DNA of 64,000 nt, taken from contig JAHRHZ010000046.1 of assembly GCA_024137785.1 (NCBI GenBank), positions 11,770,914 through 11,834,913 of the forward strand. Reading direction: 5' to 3'. Of this stretch, positions 27,543 to 43,300 are shown piece by piece (positions within the stretch are counted from its first letter, which is position 1; each line of letters begins with the position of its first letter). The DNA is from Ginglymostoma cirratum (taxonomy: Eukaryota). The notes under the pieces were generated by a model, which was given only the letters and a program-made list of their open reading frames with translations, was not told where the DNA came from and ran no database searches. The translations under genes were made by a program, and so were the position numbers.

Positions 27543-28308
27543 AGTCTGTGCAGATCTGTAACCAGCTCTGAACACCATTCTGCCTTCTGTGCTTTGCCAA
27601 TGTGGCACTGTTCGTTTGTCAGCCACTGGCTGTGCGTGTGTCCTGTCCACCACCATGACTTGTTCACTGGCTGTTGCTATGGTTTACATTTGGCTGCCTT
27701 TGCTGGAGCATGTGCAGGCATGGCAAAATTTCTGAAACCATGAATTAAATTAATAATGAGTATACAAAAACTGAAAAGGCGTAGGTGAAAACTCAAGCAA
27801 AAGCAGACGTTTGGATAAATTAACTTTCAAATTGTTGCCTGTATTTTTGGGCAAGTCCTTCTCTTTGCATTCAGTTGTCAGGAGTAACAAGGCATCAGGC
27901 GTCTGTAGATTAGCATTTGAGAATGTGTTTGACTTTTGTCAACGTGAAGATTTCTTCTTAACACGTTTTAATTTGCCTCGTAAGGCTTTTAAATTCCTTT
28001 TGGTCTTCTTTTTAATGCTGTGTTTTTGGTTCATTCTGCAAGCAGAACCTGGAGCCCTTGTTAATAGGAATTTACCTTTCTTCAGTGTCTGGTCATATGA
28101 TGGTGTGATTGTGATTGTGAAGTGCTAATCTCAATCAACTAGTTAGCACCTGATTTGCACATGCCTTCCCAAAGTTTTAAAAGCCAGATTTAGTCTTTCT
28201 TGGTGAGACAAATTGGTGTGCGTAGTTGTTGAACGTGGCAGATTGTGAAGCTGTGTGGAGACTTCATAGTGTAATTTTTTTGTCCAATGTTTCCTTATGT
28301 TCCAGTAG

Positions 28309-28578
<270 letters not shown>

Positions 28579-29487
28579 TAAGAGCTGCTTGAGTTGCAAC
28601 TTCTTCATTTAAACTTGTTGAGTGTAGAGTGGATACAAGTGACTTGTTTTTCAAGCAGTGTTGCTTGTTTCCACACAATGCGTGATAGATCACAAACATT
28701 ACAAAGCTTAACATTTTTTGAAATTGAGCTTGATATTGGTGGCTTAATAAATGGCTCTACATATGCTCTGAATATGGCAAAGTCTGTCTAATTGGTTGTG
28801 ATCTCCTTGAGATTTCTTTCCCTCTCTGACTGAAGTGATACAAGATGGATTAATTAAAGCCTTAACATGTGTGCTTGATCATCTTAAAAATTGCTAGGAA
28901 GAATGTATGTAGACAGAAAATGGAGGCAAAAAGTAATATTCAAATTACAGTTATTTGCTAGCTTAGGAGACTCAGTGTTGGAGATGTTACTTGCGATCAA
29001 ATGACATCTTATCCTGTGTGTTGCACAGTATGGATGAGAAACTGTTCGGTAATGACGTTAGTCCCTCTCTAAGCGATTGTTTGCTGGAACTAGAGGGAAA
29101 AAAAACATTGTACTATTTTTGATTCATCTGATTGTGACCTGAATCTACTCATCCCCAACAGCAACATGGCCCAGCCCCTGATGACTTAATCATTTGGTTT
29201 GTCAGTCACAGATCCAGTGATGTTGTGACATGCTGAACAAAAACCTTTCTGGAATTTAAGTTTCTTGAGAAATAAATCATGTGTTGAATTGCCTTGAATT
29301 GTGACCCAAACAATAAGATTTTGGTGAAGTTGATATTCTGCAGTCTGTTTTTCCAACGTGTTACTGATGTAGTAGAAACGTTATTGGAACCCAAGGGGAT
29401 ATCGAATGCTTCTTTGAGAACTCTTGATAGTCATAGAGCGCCGGAACTGCTCTTAATGCATGTCTTCCTACATAATGCTGTTCATTA

Positions 29488-29721
29488 GAGATAGTAGGAA
29501 CTGCCAATGCTGGAGAATCTGAGATAACAGGGCGTACAGCTGGACGAACACAGCAGGCCAAGCAGCATCAGAGGAGCAGGAACGCTGACGTTTCGGGTCT
29601 GGACCCTTCTTCAGAAATGGCCCATTTCTGAAGAAGGGTCCAGACCCGAAACGTCAGCGTTCCTGCTCCTCTGATGCTGCTTGGCCTGCTGTGTTCGTCC
29701 AGCTGTACGCCTTGTTATCTC
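29488..29721. mobile_element. Penelope-derived family A fold-back element: 2x100-bp palindrome plus 33-nt tail
   Basis: 29521..29620 is the reverse complement of 29622..29721 with one mismatch; hammerhead-like cores at 29628..29655 (+) and 29587..29614 (-). Confidence 0.9.
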
Positions 29722-30939
29722 TAAGTCAGTTCATTACCTCATTTACCAGTAAGAAATTGTACAGCACTTGATTCTTTCGAAGTTGAAGAAAACTGGAAAA
29801 AGTCAAAATTGGAGAAAAATTCTGCTTCTTTGGATCTTGTTGAACTTGATGGGGCTTTTCAATCCGAGACGCATGAACTGTTGGTATGGTGTTTAATGTC
29901 TGAGATCTAGTTTGTGCCGGTAACCTAGATAATTGTAAAGTTTTGGAATGGTAAAGTTTTACCGTTGGTTCAATATCTTGCATAATTAAAAGTTGTCCCA
30001 CAGGGCATCCATGCTAGCTTATGAATGGGAGCGTTAGTGAGATCAAGATTTGAAGGAGATGTGAAATGGGACTAAGGAAGAGAGGGTATAGAAAGTGTCA
30101 TTTAAGAGATTGGTGCTATGGTGAAACTAGGTGCAGTTATCTTTAATTTGTGTCAAATGTATTTCATCCAAGTTGGATCACTTGACAGAAGGTGAATGGT
30201 TCAATCGTACAGCATTGAGTCTTCACAAAAGAAACTGTAGCGACAAGGTGCACTGTGATTCTGCACGCTAGCATGTCTTTGTAGTCTCCGGTAAAATTGA
30301 TTGTCTACACTACTTGGCACAGCTTAAGAGGTTCAGCTCAGTGTAGTTTTTAGACTGAGGCTACCCAGTAGATTTAAATTTTAGCGTAATTTGGGAAACT
30401 ATAAAGGTGTCTTTGAGAGCGAGGATGTTGCAATGTAGATGTTGAAGTTTGGTCATGCCTTTCTGATGTGTCCGGTGCTTTTAATAGAAAGTTGGCGTTT
30501 TTGATTAGCTTAGAAAATAAGCTATTTAAATCTACTTAACTATTGATAGGTAGCTGACCTAATTTTGTAGGCTAAGTTAGGTGTTTGAGTTCTCTGTTAG
30601 TCGCCATTAAACCAGTTAATGCTTTCCTGTGTCCCACCAAATACGTTACATCCATCTTACTGCTGCTCCCGTCTGTTTTTGAGTATTTCACTTTTTTGTT
30701 TGTTTTATTTGCAATGAGGAAAAAAACCTGAAATTTTGTACAACCTGTAATAGTGCATCCTGAAGAGTTTGTATTTTGATATTCCGAAATAAATATTGCA
30801 TTCTATGTTTGCCACTTGCGAAGATGACACCTGAGTGTCTCTCCTAAATGTCATCTAAATATCTGACCAGATAAGAAATTTTACAGTGCAAATCCAGGAG
30901 CAAGAAGTGAGGAAAGGTTAATTCAAAAATATAAAATAG

Positions 30940-31158
<219 letters not shown>

Positions 31159-32569
31159 TGAAGTTGTTCTAATAATTTGAATGAGTTATGGTTCATGAAA
31201 ATAGAGTTACTATCATTAATAAACGGAAAGGTAAAGTATGGATGAGCTGTACAATTCAACTTGAACTAGCGTGTAGTTTCGATTGCAAGTTAACTAGATG
31301 AAGTTAGAAGTAGCCGTAAGCAAGTCAGGTCTTGAGAAATTAATCTTCAACATTGCTGAGAATTGTGGGGGACCAGGTCTAAATTGTGGCCAAGAACTGT
31401 GGTTTTTTTTTTTTAAAATTACATGATGTTTGGTTAACTTGCCACTTGCGTGCAAAGGATCAACTGTAGATAAAGCAAGCAATTATAATAGTACATATAT
31501 TTAAGCAGCAGCTCTTAGGTTGTTTTGCAAGTTAGGCTGAAGTGCAAAGACTATATGGCAAAACCAAAAGATGTTTGTACATCAGTCACATTTTCCACAT
31601 GTTTAAGTTTAAGTACGGGGCTATCACACAGCAGCACTCAAATTTTACTTAAGTCTTGGAGCATCACAGGATCTCATTTGAAACATGAAATGTCAAGCAC
31701 ATGTAGTGGTAACAGTGCATCTTCTGACATGCTTATTTTTGTTTTTAACCCTCATACAGCTGTCAGTTGAACTCCATACATGAGGAATAATTTCTCCATA
31801 ACAGGCAGACAATAAATCAGAAATAAAACAAACTTTTGTTATCCTAACTTAAACAGTATAGTTTTGCCAGGAAACTAAAGAATAATTCAGTGGGCACAAA
31901 CTGTTGCTAGATCTAAAGCTGGGTTCCTACACTAGAAAATATCAAAACCACTGAAAAGGCGAATTTGATTCAACTACTGTAGGCCGAACGCTGCAGTTTG
32001 CATTAAGGCATGAAAATGTTTACTGTTCAACTAAACATGCAGCAAGCTAAGTCACTGAAGAGCTATTCCCATTATAATCCAAAGCAGCAGCTGTCAACAT
32101 TGGTTAAGATGTGAACCCTTAAAAGTAAAAGCTTTCTCAGACCTCAAGGCAGGGATAGAGACTGTGAAGCCATTGGGTAGCAGTTCACCCATGAGAGTGG
32201 ATAGAAAGCAATCCATGGTGAGAAGCTTCATAACATGACAACATTTGAGCAGTAACAAGGAGGTTTGGAATCAACTCTTCAAAACAAACCAGTTCTGTGT
32301 TCAATCACAATGCTCACCAACTTTCTCCTTAGCTACTAGTACTTGTGAATTGTATTTCATTAACTAAAAGACACATTAAAAAAGTGGAGATGTCATTATC
32401 TGTGTAAGCATATTTAGCCCTGCAAATGCTCAATTTTGTTGGTAAATATAGTACAAATGAATGAGTATGTGGAGTATGTCATTCTCCCCCCACCCCATGC
32501 CCCTCCCGAAAAGACTTGCTTTTCTGCTCAATAACATCATTGTTGGCCTGATTGTCGCCACAACTCCAT

Positions 32570-33270
32570 ATACCCACTTAGTCCCTATACCTTTGACTCC
32601 CATAATGTTCCAGAATTATCTGCATTCAATTTATTTAATGATTCCCCTCCACTGTGTTCTCGGGAAGAGAGTTTCAAAGATGCATTCACTTCTGAGAGAA
32701 AAAGAATTCCTGCACCATCCTTTCGGCATTCACTCTGTCAAGTTCCCAAGAATCTTGCGTTTTAAAAAGATGGCATCTCATTTTTCTGAATTTCAATGGG
32801 CGCAAGCCAAAACCGTCCAACTTTTCCATGTAAGGGAGTTCCCTTCCCTGCCATCCCAGGTTTCAGTGCAGTGAACCTTTTCTGAATTAGTTCTAACATC
32901 TCTTGCATCCTTTAAATATGGGGATTAGAACTGTTCACAGTCCCAAGTGTGGCCTTATTAATGCGCTATGCAAGTGTAGCAAAGCATTCCTATTTGTACA
33001 TTCTATTTGCTTTCCTATCGTTAGCTTTTCCTGCATTCAGAATTTTTATGTTTTGATATACTAGCTCCCCAAGAACCTTTCCTGCCGCTCAGTTCTGCAA
33101 TCTCTCGCTGTTTAAATAATGTTTCCTGCCCCTCCTGGCAAATTGGATAAGCTCTGTTTCCCACGTGACAAGTCATCTGCCAAATTTTTGCCCATTCACT
33201 TAACGCTGTTTCACTTTATACATTCATTCATCCTTTTCACAATTTACTTTTGTCCTCACCTGGTATCATT
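32570..33270 (-). mobile_element. Old CR1 LINE remnant
   Basis: agaactgttcacagtcccaagtgtggccttattaatgcgctatgcaa corresponds to the LYxALIRPHL..QF region on the minus strand. Confidence 0.65.
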
Positions 33271-34037
33271 AAATTTAGAAACCATGTAGGCAACAGAGCA
33301 AGTTGTCACTCTGCCTCTTGGTGTCTGTTTGTATAATTTAAAAGCTTACTGTTGCACTATTGATCCAGCTTCTTTTGTTGAAAATATGTTTCTTTTCCTC
33401 ATTTGCTCATGCTCCTTCAGTCTTGTGATACTGCCATTTTAGCCAAGTTTAAATTTTTTTACGCGGACTCTTTAGTGTTCCCTCGATGTTCTTATCTATA
33501 TTGCCTCCCCAGATTCACATTATGTGTATCTGTCGCTTTTCTGAGCTCTCTTCAACAGTTCTACTTACTAATGAGTAATAATTTGGCTTTTGGTGTTGAT
33601 AATTCCACAATTATGACTGCTGGCGATGCCTCCAGAGAATCTCAACCTCGTTCTCCATTTGCACTCCTTTTTGTATCATGAATTGCATGGTCTGAAATTG
33701 AATACAGCCAGTGCAAAGCTGCCAAGTCTTTTCTGATTCTGAAGGAATAGCCTGTATCCCCACAGATATTCTGACTGAATTTTTCCCTAATGATGGACTG
33801 TCTGATGAACTTGTAATGTCCCAGAAGGAATATAACAAGTTTGTTTTAAAAACTACGTTGGCACACATACCACTTTTTTTTGTTGTATTGATGTGTACAG
33901 ATGTGAAGTTTGTACATTGTGAAATTTTGGTGCACAGATTTTCTTGAATGCTGCCATGCAGAGTTAAATTCCTGGAAAATTAATCTTTTTTTAAATTTTA
34001 TTCCCAGGCTGCACAATGGGCTTCTCACCTTTGCTAA

Positions 34038-34489
<452 letters not shown>

Positions 34490-37400
34490 TAATTTGCTCT
34501 CTTAACAGTGTTGGTGATTTCTTTTTTGGGCCGGGGATGGGGGTTGAAGATAAAACATACACACGGTTCTTAAATAAAAGACTAGACCTTAATTTTACCA
34601 CTTTAATAAACTCTTCAGTCTGTGTGAAATTGTCGTTGAATGGCTGATTGCATCCTGTTGTTTGTTCCGTACAAGAGGTAACCCATGTCAACACTGAAGA
34701 TTAAGCTATTATCTGTATTGGAAATTGCTATGTGAGTGCATCAGAGCATGAAAAGTGATTTTTGCACCGATAATTGTAGGTTATATATGACAGCGGGACA
34801 TAATTTTAGTGTAAAGGGCGACTGACAGGAAGGGGGTGGAATAGGGAGGTGGCAGGGAATCAATGTATTGTAATAGTGTTATGTGCAGTTCGCTGCATAG
34901 AGTCTCATTTGAGATGGCCATGATTCATCTCTTTTTGAATTGTCTGCCAGGATGAATGGCTGGCCTTGTTGAGAAGTCAAAAAAAATCCAAATGGGAAAA
35001 TGAAGACTTCTCAACAATTCAGGCTGATTCGTATTCTGATTTTTCTCTTGAAAATGACTATATTTGAATTATAAATATCTATAACGGGGGGCAGTTTTCA
35101 GAACTGAATTTCTGATTTTGTGATAGAGTAGAACTGTTGTCACGAGGAAATAATCTTTAATAAAAGATCTTTAATTCTGTACGAAGTTTCAATCCCAAAT
35201 TATCAGTCTTTCTCTTGGTCATCTGGAATATTAGCAAGATCATTGCAATCTATGGCCTACACTGGAACAAGCTGCACTGCTGCCATTAATAACAGTGCTG
35301 ATGTCATTTAAAGTATAGGAGTGTGATTGCATGATTAACAGCTGTGCACGACAAAGGCTGCCCACTGGCATGGATAGTTTTCTTTGAAAAATGCTAGACA
35401 TCAAAAGGTGTTTACTTTTCATGCAATTGTGAAAAAAAAATGCTTCTGTTTGATTTTTGATGCATTGTGCAGCTAATTCTACAAGATAAGCTTACAGCTG
35501 TCTGCTGAGTTCGGGGAATTCTGAAGAAGATCTCCATTTTCTTAGGCTTGTGAGCTGCTTCTAGTTCAGAGATGAACAGGGTGCATGGTAGATTCAACAC
35601 ATCCCCTTTTTGAAACTGATGTTTCCTCTGTGTTATCAAGGGAATTTATGTTTTTAAACTGCATTTATCACTTGACAGTTGTCGTTTTTTGCCAGTCTTT
35701 AAAAGGCTTGACTTATAATTGCTTCCGTAACTTAACAGCATAGTACATATGAATTTAAGGCATTTATATTTGAACTGCAAACTATGATTAAATTTCATGA
35801 TCGATACAGATAACCGAGAAGATAAAGCAATGTTTTGCAAACGTTTCCCACCGTAACCGTATTCTGAGGCTTGAAAACTGTTTTGACTCCTGGGTGAAAA
35901 TTGGGCATGGGTGAAGTGAGAGAAAAACTTTTGATATTTTGTGTTTGGAGAAGAAACTTGAGGTGGTCAGCAGTCCTTGTCTTAGAGTTGTTGACTTTAA
36001 CTTCCAACTTATAACCGCCCTTGGGGTCCTGCTGCTTACTTCGGAAAGCCTTGGAACAAAGCATAACAAAATCTATGCCGTTTATAGGAGCATGACCATT
36101 ACAATGACTGCAATATTGACTCCAAAGAATTTAAGTTTGGCCGAATTGTTTACTGGTCAGGTTTTATAACATGATCCTGTACCTTCACACAATGGTGAAG
36201 ACATTCTCCGTGTATGTGGCTGAAAGTAACTAATTGCATTCAGGGCTATGGGGATTACTTTAGCCACAAAATGCTAATGATATTGGCTTAGTAATTTTGA
36301 GTTTGTACCCAAATGCTTAACCTGGTTTTGCTCTTTGTAGACGCTCAGACTCAGAAATTATCCACTTGTTTCACTTTGAAGAGAACCTTTCCAAATCACC
36401 CAGACGTGGCAGTATCAAGCCACTACAAAATTTCATGATGACCAAGGTTTAATTTGGTTTGACAGCATAATTGCATATCCTGTTTTCTTTATTTAATGCT
36501 ACATTTTATTATTTGGGCATAATAAATTACGTTGGCCAGGGAACCACATGGTCCTTGCTGCTTCAAGAATGTCATGGGACCTTGACTATACAGCAGAACA
36601 GTCAAGTCAGGTCATCAATTTAAGATTTTGTAGGAAGAACCACATCTTTGTAAATGTGGCATTGCAAGTATTTGATTGTGCTTCAGTGAAGGGCGTGGAA
36701 GCTCAAGCAATCTGCATTATCTTCTTTAAAAAAAGGGGATATTTTGATAAGTTAGTTTTGGGTTCATGAATGTATATTTGGTCTCATGAGTTGCCTTGTT
36801 GATGTCCGATGGTTCTGTTGGATGGAAATAGAGCCCAGCATTTAGATAAATTCTCACGTGATTAAAAAAATGGCCGTGAGAAATAACAGGAGACCGCCCA
36901 TCATTAATAAATAAATAAATAGTGGTGGTGGCGTTAGAGACGCTACTCAGTTAATATAACCGTATCAGATCTGATTCACCTTGAGCAGTTGAATCTGTAG
37001 TCCGTTTCAGAAGAAGAAGAGGCCTATTAAAAATGTTCATTTATTTCTGTTCTACCTTGTCACTAAATTATGTGAGCTGCAATAAACCACGGTAGGACAC
37101 TTTGGTTCAAAACTACTGTTAGAATTTCCCCTGCATGCTGACGTCTGTCCAGAAACATCTGAGTGAGCTTGGTTATTTTCAAAGACCAACATGGGAGCTG
37201 AGCTTTAACACAGCTGTTGGGTTTGCATCTTAGTTTAGAGAAAGCAAACCTGTTGTACTGAGTATGATACCACCTGATTTGCTTCTTGTTTCTTTGCATC
37301 TTTGACACTGTTTGGACACATCTCTTGTATTGATGGTTTTGTGGGTTTTTCTGTTCTTTCTTTAACCGTCTTTCCATCTGTGTGCTTGCTTGCCACATCA

Positions 37401-39271
37401 TTTCTCACTAAGTTTACAATTACTTAAATCAAGCACTTTTTAAATTTCCTGCCCTTATTATCTCAGTGACAGGGCTCAGATAACATGCAATGAAGTACTT
37501 TTGAAGTTAGTCGTTGTAATATAGGGAAAGATTGCAGGTAGTTTCAGCACTGCAAGATTGCACAAAAGCACCCGAGCGGTCATGGCCAGATAATCTGATG
37601 TGCTGATGTTGCTTGAGTGATGGAGGTACTATCTCGGCAACACAAGAATTGCTGCTGTCTTAAATGTACATAAAAGAACAGAGAAAATTGTTTCTGTAGG
37701 AAGTTGGTGTGTCTCCATATAAGCTAGTACAATATTTTCTAGCTCTGTGTCCTAGACCACATGTATTAAATTTGAAAACCAACTATGTATTTTTTTTTTT
37801 CATTTCTAGAGTCACCAGCCATGCTGGTTCTATTCTTTGGCAATCCACTTCCTTTTACGTAACTTGCTCAGCCTCTTCAGAATTTGTCTGTGAGACATAG
37901 TCAAATTTTAACCATTGTTGTCTGGTTGTTTTTTTATTGAGGTGCCTTCTCTCACTGTTACATAGCCTTGCATATTTTTATTGTTTGTTCAATTGAAATT
38001 GTGCTTTCAGAAAAGAATTTTTAAAGTGCTTCACAATGCAGCCTTAACACATTTTGTGATTATGTTGTTCTGATTGAAAATTTGAATCATTATTGCGTCT
38101 GATAGTTAACTTTCTATGGGCAGGTTTTTGGTGGACTTTCAATGTATTTTGTTAATAACTTGCTCTGTTTGAGCGAGTAAGAAAATTCGGCCTGTTAGAG
38201 AATGAAGTCTACGCCTTAGGGAGGAAGCTGACTGCAAGAAGGTGACTTTTTTGTTAAGGCAAACTTTTAAGCTGGACTCAGTTGTGACGTGCACCATTCG
38301 TTGTCAACACTCACTACTTGGCTTCAGACACATTGGTTTTCCGTTGTGCCTCTAATTTAATCAAGTATCCAGCATAGATTGAAACTATGTTGAGCTGTAA
38401 TGCAGCAAAGGAGAGCTGATTGAAAATAGAATGATGTTTTTCTTGACCTTTTTTTGCAACGTGGAATGGAAAGAAGCAAAGCTAGTGAAGATATTTAAGA
38501 AGGGAGTTGCGAGTCTTTACTGCTAGATGACTGACCAAAAGGAGGATATGTTTCACATCAAGCCACAGTTGATTATCTATATTGGATTGTGGATGATCGC
38601 AGAACTGTAGAGGGGCAAAGACTTGTCAATGACAAGAATTTCAAATTGGGTAATGAGACATTACGAGTGATGGCGCGTGATGTGTCAGTGGGGCGAACTG
38701 ATAATTGTATCGTTTTCTGGCAAATTGCAGTTTTTGGGTAATGGAGGTGTTGAGGCAACAAGGAACATTTGGGTGAGTGAAGAGTAGCTATTTGGATATA
38801 AACACAGGACTGCTATTGATGTCTGTGAATTTAGATGGTAGGATGGCTCCATGCTTTCAACACAGGAAAGGAGAAAATAGGTAATGGGGAAAAAGATGTA
38901 CTGAAACTGGTGGGTTTATGAGAATTCAACAGTTTCAATAATAATTTAGAGAATGGACAGCATAACATAGTTTTCTTTTAAAGAAAGCAGTTGCAGGTGA
39001 TCCGAAGTTGAATTGGTGCCCAGCCTGGACAAGGTTTTTGAGAACAAGTCTTGTCTGCTGACCTTTTGAGTTTGGCTCACTATTAGAAAAGGAAGTGTGT
39101 GCTTTGCCAGATTTGTTCAATTAGGCATTGTGATGTTATGGTTTCCGTAAACTGTGAGAATCTATGAATGTTGAAGGCCCTCAAAATCAAAACACAAGAT
39201 TTTTGTTTTATTGAAGGGTAATTGGAGTTAATGAACTACAATAAACTGTAGGAAAAATACAATAATACCCA

Positions 39272-39840
39272 AACTCTTCTCTTCCCCCCCCCCTCGCCCA
39301 TTTCTCACTCTTTTCTCACTCTCTTTCCCCCTGCCGTCTCCCCGTCCCCTCTCTTAACCTCCCTCTATTCCAGACCTTCTGCCACTTCTGTTCTCCCCCC
39401 ACCCAGTGTCTCTTGCTCTATACCCTCCTATTCTGTGTACCCTTTCCCCTCTCTCTCGCTGTATCCATCCTTCCGCATCTCCTCTCTCTCTCTTCCCATG
39501 CTCCCCTCTTCTCTTGCTGTGCACCCCCCGCCATATTCTCTGTCTCTGTCTCTTCCTCTCCCTGTGCCCCCCGTTCTGTCTGTCTGTCTCTCTTTTTCTC
39601 TCTCTCTCTCTCTTTCTCTGCCCGTGGCCCCCCAGTGTGCACGCGCTCTCTCTGTCACCACATGCACCACCTCTCTGTTCTCTTTGTATCCACACCCTCC
39701 TTGTTCTCTCTCGCGCTCGCTCTCTTAACCCCCCCATCCCAGTTTTCTTTCTCTCTTTTTTTTTTCCTCTCTTCTCCCCCTTTGCCACTCTTGCGTGATC
39801 TCTCTCTCTCTCACTCTGTCCCTGTCCGCTTTTTGTATAC
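39272..39840 (+). repeat. ~570-bp CT-rich low-complexity tract
   Basis: Almost entirely pyrimidines on the + strand, with (CT)n and (CTGT)n runs. Confidence 0.9.
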
Positions 39841-40190
39841 CTTATAAAGGCTTTGTGCTACAGTGATTCTGAAACATGCACTGCTTTTTCTACATTTTTG
39901 TCTTTGTATTGCCTTTTCATTGATCTAAACCCTCAGTCTGGAACCTCGTTACTATCTTGACTCATCCCTTGCAAGAAGTAATGTTGGCTAGGTGTTGGAG
40001 CGCCACAGTGGAATGGAGTATTAATAAAACTCTGGTTTTATTTTGACTTATCACATAAACCCTGGAGTTAACAAATTGTCATGTCAGTACATTTGTCATT
40101 CAGGTAATAACCCCAGAGTAACAGTGATATGCTGATGTTGGAACTGGATTGTAAAAATTGAAGTGAAAAGTGAAAATCTCTAAATAATGA

Positions 40191-40340
<150 letters not shown>

Positions 40341-43300
40341 TAATGCTGGGTTAGCAGTTGCATGAAAACATGATTTTACTGAAAATGGAAAGGTTTGTCT
40401 TGCGGAGTTTCACAAACTGAGCAGCAGTATAAGGATGTTACCGTGTCCTGGGATTGACAAAGGTGAGTCCTCGGAGAGAGCTTGTGGGGATTCGTAAATA
40501 TGGCCAGACCTGCAATTTGTGTTTAGTCCATGGTGCTGTAACATTGCTGTTAGCTGCTACTTGAACTGATTCCAGATGGTGTTCTCTGGAGAATTTCGGC
40601 ATTCTTGCCACGCGTTTCCAGCCTATTTTACCAGTATGTTAATCCTTGTCTGTTCAGATCTGTTTTATTCTGTTGGGGGAAAAAACAGTTATTCGTCTTC
40701 CATGCAGCACGTTCTACATCACTTACACCACAGTAATAGTTCTTTGAGCTGACAAACCCTTACCAGTATTCATAGTTGTTAGGAGCGCAGATGGAAATGT
40801 TCATGGTTCCTAGGTCCCTGTTGCAATACAGCAGTTAGTTGGCACTGCATTTCAAAAATTGCAGTACCGTATTCTCTTGAGTTTGCAACGAAGTTCATGT
40901 TTTAAAAGAGGATGATAAACAGACTTACTTTCAAAGTTGTTTCTGAAAATGTTGATTTCTTGGTCAGTGCACTGATCCTGTTTCGAATTTTGTTTTGCTT
41001 TGCTTGACCTTCGTGATGTTAGATGGCATTACAGTAAAATGTAAAATTAAATAAATAATTTAGTAGTGTGAATTCTCGTGGGTCCACGATGTTAGCTCAA
41101 AGAATTAAATTGGTATTTCACCTCCTCCAGTGCAGCCCAATGGATTAATTATCTCTGTTCCATCCTCAAACAGCTGGACCCTACAGATTCACTCTTATGC
41201 TGTCAATGGATGGTTGTTACAATTCAAAGAGGAGTGGCTTGTGAATTTCCTTCGATTGAAGTTGCTTACGTTATAATGGCCAGAAAATTCCTGATCTTTT
41301 CTCCTGTTTTTGTTAATGCTGCTTTGGCAAAAGTGCATGGAAATCTTGTCTGACTAAGTAATGCTACAAGAAGAGAGCAGATCTGTGCAACCAGTGAGTT
41401 CTAATAATTAGGATTCATACTAAACCAGACAAAAGGTGCAGGTTTCCAACTGCTGACGTTTCCTGAATTGGCATCAATGCACCTATATCTCACCAACATT
41501 ACATTGACTATACATACTATTCCCTAGGATCCGAAACAACAAGCATTTCTCTAAAAGAGCATTGAGCAAGATAAGGAAGGGCCCAGAAACTGCTTCTTTA
41601 ATTTAATCACCAATTCGAGGAATCATTCTGAATCTCAGAAGCATATTTTAACCGACAGATTCAATTCTACGTACGAATGATGAATCAATTCACTTTAGTT
41701 GGCATGTTCTAATGTAGCCATTTACTACTTCATTATACTAGTGCCCCTTCGTTTCTTGAGCTAAACAGACACTTGGCATTCCTTTTGCTGTTGTATTTGA
41801 GCATCTATTTCACTGCCATGTGCTGTAGAGTTCATAAAGGAAGACACATTTTGTTGAGATTATATTTATGTTTATAATCAACTGAGTGCTGAGAGCAGCT
41901 CATTGAGGGTTGCAAAACAATATTAAAAATATTTGTGATACCCAGCAAATGTAGTTGATCATTGAGAATTTTGTTCACTAAGCATTTTATACAGGCAACA
42001 TTATAATATATGATGCATCGTCTAGTTGAGAAAATGCTTGGGCAACAAGCATAAAACTTGGTGTGTTACTGTCTTAAGACAGCATACTTCAGCATGTGGT
42101 GTTCTTTTTAACATTAAGCATACATTTTCCAAGTTTTTGTCTTTTGTCAGTGAGTAAGTCTTGCAGACTTCTTTGAAATTGTCTGGCTTGAACGAAGATG
42201 GTGCTGCATTGTACCATGGTATTCTGCTGCGGTTTGAGTGGCTACTAGTTAAAACAATAAACCGTATTTTAGTGTTGCTTTAAATGTCGCCGTTTAATCA
42301 GAATTATATTATTATTGGTGAGCCCAATGACCTTTGGTATTTAGTTTATTTTTATAATGCGTCCCATGTTATTGTGATTTACATAAATGTGTGGCTTTGT
42401 CAATCAGGCAGATGTGGATCATCTGAAAATCTTCAAAAGCTTTCTTCTGCATGCGATGGTGTCTTCCTTTATTTAAAACAAAAGTTCCACAATGTTTCAG
42501 GTATCGCTCACGCAGATTTAACTTTTTGGATATTACAGTGAGTTGTTCTTCAAGTACTGTTGCTTTCGAGTTCTGCTTGTTATTTTGTGCAAGAGAAATT
42601 CTTTGTCCGTTCTAATGTACATTTTCTGCGCCGTTGGAAATTGGTGTTGCTTTGTTAGATAGGGAAGGGAGCTAATTCGTGCATGGTTCAGAACTTATCC
42701 TGAGTAGGTTTAGTCCCTGCCCCGTACCAGTCCCCGCCCACCCAGCACCTGTTCCTTGCCAGAATTGTGTCAATGTGGTTAGCTGCAGGTGTGTTTCCAA
42801 TTCAGTGCAAGTCTCTTTTTCTTGTACAGATCCTTTTTCTAAATATATCCCTAGCTCAGCAAATTTGTCTGAAACTGTGTGCAGGAGTATTTGGGTGATA
42901 AATCAGTGCTCTGACAAGCTATTGAGTTGGGCTTGTTGCTGTAGCTGTTGAAAGAGAGGAGGGAGATACTGCTGTGAGCTGACTGTGAGTGTTGCCCTGA
43001 CGGGACAATGGGTGGCATCACCAGAGTTTCAAACAGCTTTGCCTTTGACCGCAGAAGGATCTATTCTTCAGTTGATCTAGAGAAGACGTCTGTGCAGTCA
43101 TGTCAGTGTTAGAAAACTTTATACTGTACTGTGTCATATGGTTACGCATGTTTAGTGTATGAGAAAAATTACTGTTTTCACAGCTGCAGTCATGAGGGTA
43201 GGTGAAAGTTTCATACCTGTATGCACTGGTAAATCTTGTAATTGTGAGATTTGTACGGTTCTGGTTTTACCGTAGGAAAACAAAACTCATGACTTAATTT

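Noticed and set aside
29521-29721. Interpretation as a pre-miRNA, terminator or DNA-transposon MITE
   Set aside because: The arms are copies of a dispersed repeat, the tip varies between copies, a one-sided tail is present and TSD lengths vary; this fits Penelope-type inverted termini better.
39354-39847. Cluster of 74-144 aa ORFs on both strands
   Set aside because: By-product of the CT/AG low-complexity tract, which lacks stop codons.
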